A stretch of 61,994 nucleotides of DNA, taken from NCBI GenBank assembly GCA_035438465.1, contig DAORIK010000002.1, positions 1 to 61,994 of the forward strand, written 5' to 3'. The notes under the pieces are model-generated. The model was not told the origin of the DNA. It saw only the letters and a list, made by a program, of their open reading frames with translations, and did not search any database. Below, one piece after another: positions 49,004-58,317 of this stretch. The DNA is from Chitinophagales bacterium. GTDB taxonomy: Bacteria; Bacteroidota; Bacteroidia; Chitinophagales; JADIYW01. The position numbers and the translations under genes are program-made. How positions within the stretch are numbered: the first letter of the stretch is position 1; each line of letters opens with the position of its first letter.

Positions 49004-49155
49004 TTTCCTTTTCTTTCGTCAGAAATTGATAATTTTTTTCTTCCTTTTGCACGACGTGCGTTTAATACTGCACGGCCACCTTTAGTTGCCATTCGCTCAC
49101 GGAAACCATGCTTGTTTTTTCTCTTTCTTACCGATGGTTGAAACGTTCTTTTCAT
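49000..49155 (-). CDS. rpmH: 50S ribosomal protein L34 (not in the ORF track)
   Basis: Manual translation [51 protein letters not shown], stop TAA. Confidence 0.98.
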   Translation of the reverse strand: MKRTFQPSVRKRKNKHGFRERMATKGGRAVLNARRAKGRKKLSISDERKGK

Positions 49156-49170
49156 TTTATTTCAATTATT

Positions 49171-49365
49171 GAATTATAGAATTGCTGAATTGTAGAATGA
49201 AATTTCTAAAATTCGTCCCGATATTTTCGGGATGCGAAGATACTATTTTAATTTGAAAATCTGAAAATGAATTGATTTGAAAGTGCTTTTTTATTGCAGA
49301 AAATCAATGATTTAACTATTTAGAAAACTATCTGTCATTAACTAATCGGCTAATTTGCTAATTAT
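49171..49365. repeat. Three degenerate 8-mer tracts between rho and rpmH
   Basis: GAATTATA GAATTGCT GAATTGTA GAATGAAA (49171-49202); TTGAAAAT CTGAAAAT GAATTGAT TTGAAAGT (49253-49284); CTAATCGG CTAATTTG CTAATTAT (49342-49365). Confidence 0.65.
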
Positions 49366-49372
49366 CAAACTA

Positions 49373-50968
49373 TTATCGGTTCATCGTCATTAAAAACTCT
49401 TCATTGCTGCGAGTGCCTTTCATCTGCTGCAACAGGAATTTCATGGATTCTTCCGAATTCATGTCGGCTAAATGGTTACGCAACACCCACATTTTCTGTA
49501 AAGTATCTTTATCTAACAATAAATCATCTCTACGGGTAGATGAAGAAACTACATCTATCGCAGGGAAAATACGGCGATTCGACAATTTTCGCTCTAACTG
49601 CAACTCCATATTACCCGTTCCTTTGAATTCCTCAAAGATAACCTCATCCATTTTAGAACCGGTTTCCGTTAATGCAGTAGCAATAATTGTCAAAGATCCG
49701 CCATTTTCTATATTTCTGGCAGCCCCGAAAAATTGTTTAGGCTTGTGCAATGCGTTAGCCTCCACACCACCGGATAGTACTTTTCCTGACGAAGGTGCTA
49801 CCGTGTTGTAAGCGCGTGCCAGACGTGTAATTGAATCCAGTAAAATAACTACATCATGTCCACATTCTACCAATCGTTTTGCTTTTTGTAACACAATGCT
49901 CGCCACTTTCACATGTCGGTCCGCAGGTTCATCAAAAGTTGATGCTACCACTTCGGCTTTTACGCTACGCTGCATATCCGTCACCTCTTCAGGTCTTTCA
50001 TCTATTAATAAGATAATTAAGTACACTTCAGGATGGTTTTTTGCAATGGCATTTGCCACATCTTTCAGCAACATGGTCTTACCTGTCTTCGGCTGTGCCA
50101 CTATCATCCCTCTTTGCCCTTTCCCAATCGGCGTAAACAAATCAACAATTCTCGTGGAATAGTTATTTGCCTCTTGAAATAAGTCTAATTTTTCTGTCGG
50201 AAATAATGGTGTTAAATAGTCGAACGGAATCCTGTCTCTGATTTCCTGCGGCGATTTCCCGTTTATAGATTCTACACGCAATAATGCAAAATATTTTTCT
50301 CCTTCTTTCGGCGGACGAATATTTCCGACAATTGTATCTCCGGTTTTTAAGCCAATTAATTTTATCTGTGATGGCGAAACATACACATCATCCGGAGATG
50401 ATAAGTAGTTATAATCTGAAGAACGCAGAAAACCATAACCTTCCGGAATAATTTCCAATACACCTTCGCCTGTAATTACACCATCTAAATCAATATTAAA
50501 CTCTACTTTTTTCTCCTGTTGAACAGGGTAGTTTACCATTTCAACTGTTTGGTCGCTTTCTTCTTTAGTGTCTGTAATAAAATCTTCTTTTTGTTCTACA
50601 AGAGGTTGAAAATCGATAGTTTCTTCGGTTGCTACAATGTCTTCTTTTTTAAATTCTTCATGAAGAGCATTTCTATCTGAAAACGGATTTTCTTTTGATT
50701 TCTTTACCGGTACTACTTTCTCTGCCACTTTACGGGGAATGCGGGTGCGTTCTTTTTTCTCTTTTGCCGGATTTTCTTCTGTAGTTTCTGCTTTTGTTAC
50801 TACTTCTTCCTTGCTGTCTTTCTCTTGCATGTCTTGTTTTTTGAGTATAAGTTCTATTAATTCAGGTTTTTTGGACTTTGTAATTTTGGCTTTTGGAACC
50901 AACACCTTTTCAGCTATTTCTTTTAATTCGGGCAATAACATTTCTGTTAATTGGGAAATATCGTACAT
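49373..50968 (-). CDS. rho: Transcription termination factor Rho with acidic N-terminal insertion
   Basis: GYGFLRS...[40 protein letters not shown]. Confidence 0.98.
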   Translation of the reverse strand: MYDISQLTEMLLPELKEIAEKVLVPKAKITKSKKPELIELILKKQDMQEKDSKEEVVTKAETTEENPAKEKKERTRIPRKVAEKVVPVKKSKENPFSDRNALHEEFKKEDIVATEETIDFQPLVEQKEDFITDTKEESDQTVEMVNYPVQQEKKVEFNIDLDGVITGEGVLEIIPEGYGFLRSSDYNYLSSPDDVYVSPSQIKLIGLKTGDTIVGNIRPPKEGEKYFALLRVESINGKSPQEIRDRIPFDYLTPLFPTEKLDLFQEANNYSTRIVDLFTPIGKGQRGMIVAQPKTGKTMLLKDVANAIAKNHPEVYLIILLIDERPEEVTDMQRSVKAEVVASTFDEPADRHVKVASIVLQKAKRLVECGHDVVILLDSITRLARAYNTVAPSSGKVLSGGVEANALHKPKQFFGAARNIENGGSLTIIATALTETGSKMDEVIFEEFKGTGNMELQLERKLSNRRIFPAIDVVSSSTRRDDLLLDKDTLQKMWVLRNHLADMNSEESMKFLLQQMKGTRSNEEFLMTMNR

Positions 50969-51173
50969 ACGTCGAACTAATTAAGTTGGAAAATGAAAAA
51001 CATTAAAAAGTGGATTCTGAAATTCGTTCGTGATTGGTCAATAAAACGCGAGGCTATATTGATTGATATTGCAAATAAACGAAATATTTATGAAAAAAGC
51101 GCGTTTTGTGTTACTTTTTTTTGAAAAAATGCCGATTTATAAGGTATTTAGGTACTGACTATTTGTTAAAACT

Positions 51174-51181
51174 TATCTTTG
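51174..51181 (+). promoter_or_regulatory. -7 promoter box (TATCTTTG) for serS
   Basis: TAnnTTTG match 18 nt upstream of the ATG. Confidence 0.55.
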
Positions 51182-51199
51182 TAAAACAATTCAGAAAAA

Positions 51200-52471
51200 A
51201 TGCTCACTGTAGAACAATTACGAAAAGATACCGCTTTTGCAAAAGAACGTTTGGCACACAAAAATTTTAAAGACCTTCATTTTGTAGATGAAATTATTGT
51301 ACTTGATGATAAACGTAAATTAGTAAAATCCTATCTGGATGATTTTTTGTCACAACGTAATTCATTATCCAAAGAAATTGGCATTCTGATGAAAGATGGC
51401 AAAAAAGATGATGCTGAACAATTAAAATTAAAGATTGCAGACATCAAGGAGAATGCGGATAAACTGGAGTTGGAAGTGGCTGAAATGGAAACTGCTATTT
51501 TTGAAAAATTAGTTACACTTCCAAACTTCCCGAATGAGCTTGTACCACCGGGAAAAACTCCTGAAGAGAATGAAGTGACGTTTTCTGTATCAGAATTTCC
51601 CAAACTCCATGCAGGTGCAGTTCCACACTGGGATTTAGCGAAAAAATACGATTTAATCGATTTTGAGTTAGGTAACAAGATTACCGGTGCGGGTTTCCCC
51701 GTCTATAAAGGCAAAGGTGCCGCTTTACAACGTGCTCTGATTACATTCTTTTTAGATAAGGCCATTGAGGCAGGTTACAGCGAAGTGCAAGTACCACACA
51801 TGGTAAATAAAGATTCTGCATTTGCAACCGGTCAACTGCCCGACAAAGAAGGACAGATGTATCATGCTACGGCTGATGATTTTTACCTGATACCGACTGC
51901 AGAAGTACCTATTACCAATCTGTATCGTGATGATATCATCGATGAGAAAAACCTGCCGGTAAAAAATGTGGGCTATACACCTTGTTTCCGTCGGGAGGCG
52001 GGAAGTTATGGAAAAGATGTACGGGGTTTGAACCGCTTACACCAATTTGACAAAGTGGAAATTGTACGCATCGAAAAACCGGAAAATTCTTACGCGGCAT
52101 TGGACGAAATGCTGAAACATGTAGAAGGGTTATTGAAAGCATTGGAATTGCCTTACAGAATTTTGCGTTTATGTGGCGGCGATATGACGTTCTCTTCTGC
52201 CTTAACCTATGATTTTGAAGTATTTTCTGCGGCGCAGGAACGTTGGCTGGAAGTAAGTTCTGTGTCTAACTTTGAGACGTTTCAGGCAAACCGTTTGAAA
52301 TTGCGAACTAAAGATGCAGAAAATAAAAAAGCGTTGGCGCATACATTAAATGGCAGTGCACTGGCTTTACCAAGAATTGTAGCAAGTCTTTTAGAAAATC
52401 ATCAAACGGAAAACGGCATCAGAATTCCAAAAGTGTTGGTGCCCTACACTAAGTTTGAACTTATTGATTAA
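51200..52471 (+). CDS. serS: Serine--tRNA ligase
   Basis: LIPTAEVP, FRREAGSYG...RLHQFDKVE, EVSSVSN, TLNGSALA.PR. Confidence 0.98.
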   Translation: MLTVEQLRKDTAFAKERLAHKNFKDLHFVDEIIVLDDKRKLVKSYLDDFLSQRNSLSKEIGILMKDGKKDDAEQLKLKIADIKENADKLELEVAEMETAIFEKLVTLPNFPNELVPPGKTPEENEVTFSVSEFPKLHAGAVPHWDLAKKYDLIDFELGNKITGAGFPVYKGKGAALQRALITFFLDKAIEAGYSEVQVPHMVNKDSAFATGQLPDKEGQMYHATADDFYLIPTAEVPITNLYRDDIIDEKNLPVKNVGYTPCFRREAGSYGKDVRGLNRLHQFDKVEIVRIEKPENSYAALDEMLKHVEGLLKALELPYRILRLCGGDMTFSSALTYDFEVFSAAQERWLEVSSVSNFETFQANRLKLRTKDAENKKALAHTLNGSALALPRIVASLLENHQTENGIRIPKVLVPYTKFELID

Positions 52472-52489
52472 TTTGATTGTTTTAAAATT

Positions 52490-52816
52490 ATGATTACCAT
52501 TTCAGAAAAAGCAAAAGAACGTGTACTAAACATGTGGAAAGAAGACAATCTTTCACCTAATTATTTTGTGCGTGTTTCTGTAACGAGTGGTGGTTGCAGT
52601 GGTTTAACGTACAATATGAAATTTGACGACCAACAACAATCAAACGATGAGGTGTTTGAGGACAAAGGCATCAAATTAGTGGTTGACCCGAAAAGCATCT
52701 TGTATTTGCTTGGCACAGAATTAGATTTTTCTGAAGGATTGAGTGGAAAAGGATTTTATTTCAACAATCCGAATGCATCACGTACTTGCAGTTGTGGTGA
52801 AAGTTTTAGTTTGTAA
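52490..52816 (+). CDS. HesB/IscA/ErpA A-type Fe-S carrier
   Basis: GGCSG...F.NPNA..TCSCGESF. Confidence 0.95.
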   Translation: MITISEKAKERVLNMWKEDNLSPNYFVRVSVTSGGCSGLTYNMKFDDQQQSNDEVFEDKGIKLVVDPKSILYLLGTELDFSEGLSGKGFYFNNPNASRTCSCGESFSL

Positions 52817-53845
52817 TTATCTCGCTGCTTTAAACTGCTCCAAAAATCTTGTATCATTTTCAGAAAGTAAGCGTATATCTTTAATTTGATATTTCAGCAT
52901 CGTAATACGTTCAACACCCATTCCAAAGGCAAATCCTGAATATTTTTTGGAATCGATATTGCAGTTATCTAGTACTTTCGGGTCCACCATACCACAACCT
53001 AAAATTTCTACCCAACCTGAGTATTTACAAACATTGCAGCCTTTCCCTCCACAAATAAAACAAGTCACATCTACTTCGGCACTTGGTTCTGTAAACGGAA
53101 AATAAGATGGTCGAACTTTTATTTTTATATCTTGTCCGAATAATTCTTTGACAAAGAAATCCAGTGTTTGCAACAAATCGGCAAAAGATACATCTTCATC
53201 TATATACAAACCTTCCACCTGATGGAAAAAGCAATGTGAGCGCGCAGAAATCGTTTCGTTTCTGAAAACACGACCCGGTGATAAAATACGTATCGGTGGT
53301 TTCTGGTTTTCCATTGTACGTACCTGTACAGATGATGTATGTGTACGTAATACAATATCAGGATTTACATTGATGAAAAAAGTATCCTGCATATCACGCG
53401 CCGGATGATCTTCAGGCATATTTAATGCAGTGAAATTGTGCCAGTCGTCTTCAATCTCCCTGTCTTCCTGCACGGCAAAACCCAATCGCTTAAAAATATC
53501 TACTATCTGATTTTTTACAATTTGGATAGGATGGCGTGCTCCAATCGTTGTTACATCACCCGGTAATGTTAAATCAATAGATTCTTTGTTTCCGGAAATA
53601 TTGTTCTGCAATTTTTCCTGATACGCTGTAAATTTTTCTTCAGCAGCCTGTTTTACACTATTAATTAATTGTCCGAATTCTTTTTTTCGTTCATTGGGAA
53701 CATTTTTAATTTCTGCAAAAATATCTTTCAGTATATTTTTAGTTCCTAAAAAACGAATACGGAATTTTTCCAAATCTTCCGGAGTAGAAATTTCTGTTTG
53801 ATTTGCTTCTTTTAAAAGTAATTCCGTGCGTTCAAAAATATCCAT
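52817..53845 (-). CDS. pheS: Phenylalanine--tRNA ligase alpha subunit
   Basis: HPARDMQDTF, RTHTSSVQ, FHQVEG, YFPFTEPS, GFAFGMGVER; start trimmed to 53845. Confidence 0.98.
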   Translation of the reverse strand: MDIFERTELLLKEANQTEISTPEDLEKFRIRFLGTKNILKDIFAEIKNVPNERKKEFGQLINSVKQAAEEKFTAYQEKLQNNISGNKESIDLTLPGDVTTIGARHPIQIVKNQIVDIFKRLGFAVQEDREIEDDWHNFTALNMPEDHPARDMQDTFFINVNPDIVLRTHTSSVQVRTMENQKPPIRILSPGRVFRNETISARSHCFFHQVEGLYIDEDVSFADLLQTLDFFVKELFGQDIKIKVRPSYFPFTEPSAEVDVTCFICGGKGCNVCKYSGWVEILGCGMVDPKVLDNCNIDSKKYSGFAFGMGVERITMLKYQIKDIRLLSENDTRFLEQFKAAR

Positions 53846-53854
53846 GCTCAAAAA

Positions 53855-53886
53855 TAAAAAAAAGAGACGCAAAACACGCCTCTTTC
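53855..53886 (-). terminator. Intrinsic terminator after the PhoD-family gene
   Basis: Minus strand GAGGCG-tgttttg-CGTCTC then TTTTTTT. Confidence 0.7.
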
Positions 53887-53908
53887 TATGATTGTAATGA
53901 TTAATTAA

Positions 53909-55012
53909 TTAGAACTTCAATTCATCTAATGTTACAGTATGAGATATTTTAGCATCTCCGGAAGTTAATGTCCCATTGGGACCTGCTCCGTCTACATTTC
54001 CAAATACCTGCAATTTTATAGAAACCGGTGTTGTACTCCAGTCGATATCAATTAAACCAAAATTAACCCAGTTCCAACCTTGTCCAACTCTTATGTTATC
54101 ATTTCTTGTTGCTACTTTGCCTTCATGGTGAGTAATTCCACTTGAGGTAAGATCGTAAATAGGATACATACCTGCAGGTTGAATTTTAGTTAATTCTGCA
54201 AAATGCACATCTCCGCTTAGAAAGATAACACCATTTGCCTGAGTGCTTTTAATTAAATCAAGCATTTTTTGTCTTTCCAAAGGAAGAACTGACCAGTTTT
54301 CACCACCGTCGTAATTAGAGTTAAATTGTAAGGAAGACATAATAATTCTGACTTTTGCCGGTTTTTTTAGTTCTCCTTCTAACCAAGCCCATTGGGTTGC
54401 ACCTAAGATAGTAGCATCCGGTGATAACATGGTGTCATAGCCGCTTAGTGCTGCGCCCGGTCCTGATGTTTTGTATGGTGTATGATTCCAGCGTAAATCC
54501 AATAAGATGATTTGGACTTTATGTGCATCATCTCCATAGTAATAGGAATCATAAATAGCACCATCCGGACGGTTTGCACGTGGTGCGTCTGCCGGAATAT
54601 TCCAGAATTTGAAGAACGCTGCTTTTGCAATTGCTTTCACAGGGTTATTGGATGTTCCATCATTTTCTCCCGTATCATGATCATCCCAAATAGGCAATAT
54701 TTGCGGAATTTTTGCTCTGAAGTTCATGAAATAACCCTTATGTCCCAATTGAGCATACGCAAGATCAATATATTCTTTTGTTCCGGGAGCCAACGCAAAA
54801 AAATCGCCGTAAATATTATCACCGCCTGCTATATATAAATCCGGATTCATCTCCAGAATTCTGTTGTATATTTTCATGTCATTCAAATATTGCGCACAGC
54901 AGGAACCGAAAGCAATTCTTGAAATCTTATTTTCCTCATTGTTAGTTGCATTATTTTTTGTACAGCCAAATAAAAACGAGGTTGCTACAAATAGTGTAAA
55001 TAAATTTTTCAT
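53909..55012 (-). CDS. Alkaline phosphatase D (PhoD) family lipoprotein
   Basis: Lipobox LFGC; FGSC, GDNIYGD, WDDHD, SGDVH. Confidence 0.92.
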   Translation of the reverse strand: MKNLFTLFVATSFLFGCTKNNATNNEENKISRIAFGSCCAQYLNDMKIYNRILEMNPDLYIAGGDNIYGDFFALAPGTKEYIDLAYAQLGHKGYFMNFRAKIPQILPIWDDHDTGENDGTSNNPVKAIAKAAFFKFWNIPADAPRANRPDGAIYDSYYYGDDAHKVQIILLDLRWNHTPYKTSGPGAALSGYDTMLSPDATILGATQWAWLEGELKKPAKVRIIMSSLQFNSNYDGGENWSVLPLERQKMLDLIKSTQANGVIFLSGDVHFAELTKIQPAGMYPIYDLTSSGITHHEGKVATRNDNIRVGQGWNWVNFGLIDIDWSTTPVSIKLQVFGNVDGAGPNGTLTSGDAKISHTVTLDELKF

Positions 55013-55211
55013 TGTTGATTTCTATTAAACTTTTGAAATGTTAGAGTGGCTGTTAGGGCGGCAAATAAAACCATTTTCGCAACCAAACAAATTTATGATT
55101 TTTTTGTGAACATTAAATTCACCTATACATCGATTTAACATATTTTTTTCAAATAAAATTCATAAATACTGTGAAAGTTGTAAATCAACTTATATTTTTT
55201 AGTTTTGAAGT

Positions 55212-55859
55212 ATGTTTGATCAATTTTCAGCACAGTTATTACATGCATTTAAACAACCACTACCGGGAAAAGCAGCACACGAACTACTAAAACCATATCT
55301 GAAAATCAACAAACATCTGGATGCTCCGCAACTGCTGAAACCAAAGGTCGGTGCTGTAATGTCATTAATTTATCCTGTAAAAAATATACCGCATATTTTA
55401 TTCATTGAGCGGCCGGAATATGACGGAGTCCATAGCGGACAGATTGCCTTTCCTGGCGGCAAGATTGAAAAGACAGATGCCTCGTATCTGGATGCTGCTT
55501 TAAGAGAAACTTACGAAGAGATTGGCGTTGAAAGCAGGCAAATAAAAGTCATAGGTGCACTCTCTGAAATATATGTACTGGCGAGTAATTTTATGGTGTA
55601 TCCGTTTGTAGGGTTATTAAATGACATTCCTGATCTGGTATTAGAAAAAAAGGAAGTAGCTAATACTTTAGAAGTACCGTTGTACCGCTTTTTTGAACCT
55701 GAAATTATAAAAGAAAAACCTATAAAGAATGCATTGGGATTTACATTAATGGCTCCTTACTATGATTTAGATGGAAAAGTGTTGTGGGGTGCCACCGCTA
55801 TGATGGTGAGCGAATTGTGCGCTGTTATCAAAAATCAAAATATTACGATGAATTACTAG
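55212..55859 (+). CDS. Nudix hydrolase, CoA pyrophosphatase type
   Basis: HSGQIAFPGG...AALRETYEEIG Nudix box, LWGATA. Confidence 0.93.
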   Translation: MFDQFSAQLLHAFKQPLPGKAAHELLKPYLKINKHLDAPQLLKPKVGAVMSLIYPVKNIPHILFIERPEYDGVHSGQIAFPGGKIEKTDASYLDAALRETYEEIGVESRQIKVIGALSEIYVLASNFMVYPFVGLLNDIPDLVLEKKEVANTLEVPLYRFFEPEIIKEKPIKNALGFTLMAPYYDLDGKVLWGATAMMVSELCAVIKNQNITMNY

Positions 55860-55866
55860 CCAAAAA

Positions 55867-56988
55867 CTATCGGGCATCTACATTAAAAGACAGATGCATG
55901 GCATTATCAGTAGCCGGTGTGGCTATTTTTTTTTTGATCTTAAAGGAGAATAAAATAAACGTGAGCAACATTGACAATCCGAGTTCAAATAACATCAGAT
56001 ACAAATTCCCCCAGCTTTGCAAAAAATAAACTATTCCGATAAACATTACATTAACAGCAATCAAGATAAAAGTTGCCATTACATGCGAAAACCCTAAATC
56101 AATTAAGCGGTGATGAATATGATTTCTATCTGCTTCAAAAGGAGATTTTTTATTTAGTATTCTCAATGTAAAAGCACGTAAGGTATCATACAAAGGAATT
56201 ATTAGAATGGCAATCGCCATTGCCGGTGCTGCCACAATCTTTATGCCCTCACTGCTGCCTGAGCGCAATACTACTTCATTCTGCTCAATAAACTGTATGG
56301 CCATAACCGCTGCCAATAATCCAATGGATAAACTGCCTGAATCTCCCATAAAGATTTTTGCGGGCGTGTAATTGTATTTCAGAAACGCAAATACTGCACC
56401 ACTCATTGCGGCAGCGAGAATTGCGTAATCAAAAAAGCCATAATAGTAGAACCAGGAACCAAATGTAACTGACATTAGAATACAGATACTGCCAGCCAGC
56501 ATATTAATCCCATCAATAATATTAAATGCGTTAATGATAAAAATGATGGTAACCACCGACAGAACTATACTGAAAATCTCCCCTATATATGAGATACCGA
56601 ATAATCCGTATAAACTGGTAATACGGATATCTCCGAGAATGACCACAATGCAGGCGGCAAAAATTTGTCCTATAAATTTTTTGGAGGCAACTAACTCCAC
56701 AATATCATCTTTGGCGCCTAACATGAAAGTAAAACACAGTGCTGCTAAAATATATCGCATCCCATTTGAGGGGTAAAATCTTGCAAACAAACAAAGGCTA
56801 ATCATAAATCCTCCGAAAATAGCAACACCTCCTAATGTTGGAGTAACACCATAATGTGATTTTCTTTCGCTCGGCGAGTCAAACAGATGTTTTATATTGG
56901 CTACCTTGATAATGGAAGGTATAAACATGTACGTAAGAACAAAAGAAGTCAACAAAGCAGAAGCTAGTTTTATGTAATCGCTGTGCAT
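55867..56988 (-). CDS. WecA/TagO-like undecaprenyl-phosphate N-acetylhexosamine-1-phosphate transferase (MraY family)
   Basis: PTLGGVAI, GAKDD, NAFNIIDG, IFMGDSGS, DRNHIHH. Confidence 0.92.
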   Translation of the reverse strand: MHSDYIKLASALLTSFVLTYMFIPSIIKVANIKHLFDSPSERKSHYGVTPTLGGVAIFGGFMISLCLFARFYPSNGMRYILAALCFTFMLGAKDDIVELVASKKFIGQIFAACIVVILGDIRITSLYGLFGISYIGEIFSIVLSVVTIIFIINAFNIIDGINMLAGSICILMSVTFGSWFYYYGFFDYAILAAAMSGAVFAFLKYNYTPAKIFMGDSGSLSIGLLAAVMAIQFIEQNEVVLRSGSSEGIKIVAAPAMAIAILIIPLYDTLRAFTLRILNKKSPFEADRNHIHHRLIDLGFSHVMATFILIAVNVMFIGIVYFLQSWGNLYLMLFELGLSMLLTFILFSFKIKKKIATPATDNAMHLSFNVDAR

Positions 56989-57032
56989 ACGTCGTTAGTC
57001 CACCAAAGTTAATAACAATTATTTAAAAATCG

Positions 57033-58166
57033 TTAAAATTGTGCAAAGTTTGAGAGCAAATTGATGTAAGTCAAATTTACAGCTTCATTTGAAAATATAT
57101 TTTCTGCTCGTTTTCTTGCATTTTTGCCTATTTGAATTTTATATGTTTTTTCTGCAGCAATAAATCTTTCCATGCTTTCTTTCAGTGAAATTACATCTGC
57201 TGCTCTACATAAGAATCCGCTTTCGCCATCAATAACTGCATCTTTACAACCCGGCGCATCCGTGGTGATGCATGGCTTTCCCATTGCCATTCCTTCTAAA
57301 ATAACCCGAGGCATACCTTCTCTGTAAGATGGGAGCACCACACAATCTGTTGCACAAATAAATGGTCGCGTATCTTTGGTATGTGTGTGATAAATAATAC
57401 TTTTTTGCCTAATCCAATCTTCTAATTCTTCTTTTTTGATAGCTGTTGGATTATCGTTATCAATATCACCTAAGACATGAAACTCTGCATTTTCATTCTT
57501 TTGCAGAATCTGTTTCGCAGCATCTACATATTCATAAATTCCTTTGTCTTTTAATAGTCTCGCTATCATCAAAAAACGAGTAATTCCATCTTCATTTTTT
57601 TTAGAACAAAAATCAGGATGAAATTTTTGTATATCGATGCCTGAGCCGGCAACCAGCTGAACTTTATGTTTATCAACTAATTTATTACTTACAAAAATCT
57701 CTATATCATCGTTATTTTGAAACAACACTTTGTCCGCAAAGGAAAATGCGAAACGATATAAACTGTGTGCCACTTTGCTTGCTAAACCATTGTTTAAAAA
57801 AGTATAACCTAAGCCTGTTACTGTACAAATAGTTTTTGTACTGGTAAATCTCGCAGCAAGTGTACCATAAATATTTGGTTTTATGGTGTATTGTAACACC
57901 ACATCTAAGTGTTGTTGCTTATAAATTTTTCTGAATTCATTCAACAATCTCACGTCATTAAATGGATTGGTTCCTTTGCGTGCTAAATTTTGCACTTCAA
58001 TAAATTCAATATTGTTTTGTCTTAACAGATCGGTGTATTCATCATTTGGTGCAATAGCAATCACATGATGTCCTTCATTTTTTAACGCATTAATCAGTCC
58101 AACCCGGAAATTATAAATATTGAACGCGGTGTTTGCTACAATGCCTATGTTGAGTGGTTTGGACAT
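57033..58166 (-). CDS. GT4 glycosyltransferase (PglA/Cap1E-like)
   Basis: YTIKPNIYG, GSGID, ARLLKDKG, PSYREGMPRVILEGMAMG. Confidence 0.92.
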   Translation of the reverse strand: MSKPLNIGIVANTAFNIYNFRVGLINALKNEGHHVIAIAPNDEYTDLLRQNNIEFIEVQNLARKGTNPFNDVRLLNEFRKIYKQQHLDVVLQYTIKPNIYGTLAARFTSTKTICTVTGLGYTFLNNGLASKVAHSLYRFAFSFADKVLFQNNDDIEIFVSNKLVDKHKVQLVAGSGIDIQKFHPDFCSKKNEDGITRFLMIARLLKDKGIYEYVDAAKQILQKNENAEFHVLGDIDNDNPTAIKKEELEDWIRQKSIIYHTHTKDTRPFICATDCVVLPSYREGMPRVILEGMAMGKPCITTDAPGCKDAVIDGESGFLCRAADVISLKESMERFIAAEKTYKIQIGKNARKRAENIFSNEAVNLTYINLLSNFAQF

Positions 58167-58192
58167 GTTTCAACAAATATAATTCTTATTGC

Positions 58193-58217
58193 ACGCAAAG
58201 ACGCAAAGAGCGCAAAG
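58193..58217. repeat. CGCAAAG tandem tract
   Basis: ACGCAAAG ACGCAAAG AG CGCAAAG. Confidence 0.65.
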
Positions 58218-58280
58218 TTTTTATTTCCAGTTCGTAAGCTAAAACCAACGGTAATAATGATTTCCTGTTTTGTTAACAGA

Positions 58281-58308
58281 ACTGCATACTGCTTGCTTTA
58301 TACTGCAT
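58281..58308. repeat. 4 x ACTGCAT-type 7-mer downstream of asnB
   Basis: ACTGCAT ACTGCTT GCTTTAT ACTGCAT. Confidence 0.65.
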
Positions 58309-58317
58309 AGTAAGAGC

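Noticed and set aside
48777-49085. 102-aa plus-strand ORF
   Set aside because: Antisense shadow of rnpA/rpmH.
49373-50968. Rho N-terminal insertion as a novelty
   Set aside because: Known feature of Bacteroidota Rho; this one is acidic rather than Q/N-rich prion-like.
52810-52825. Convergent genes with abutting stops and no terminator (also 12480/12481)
   Set aside because: Common in compact genomes and explicable by Rho-dependent termination.
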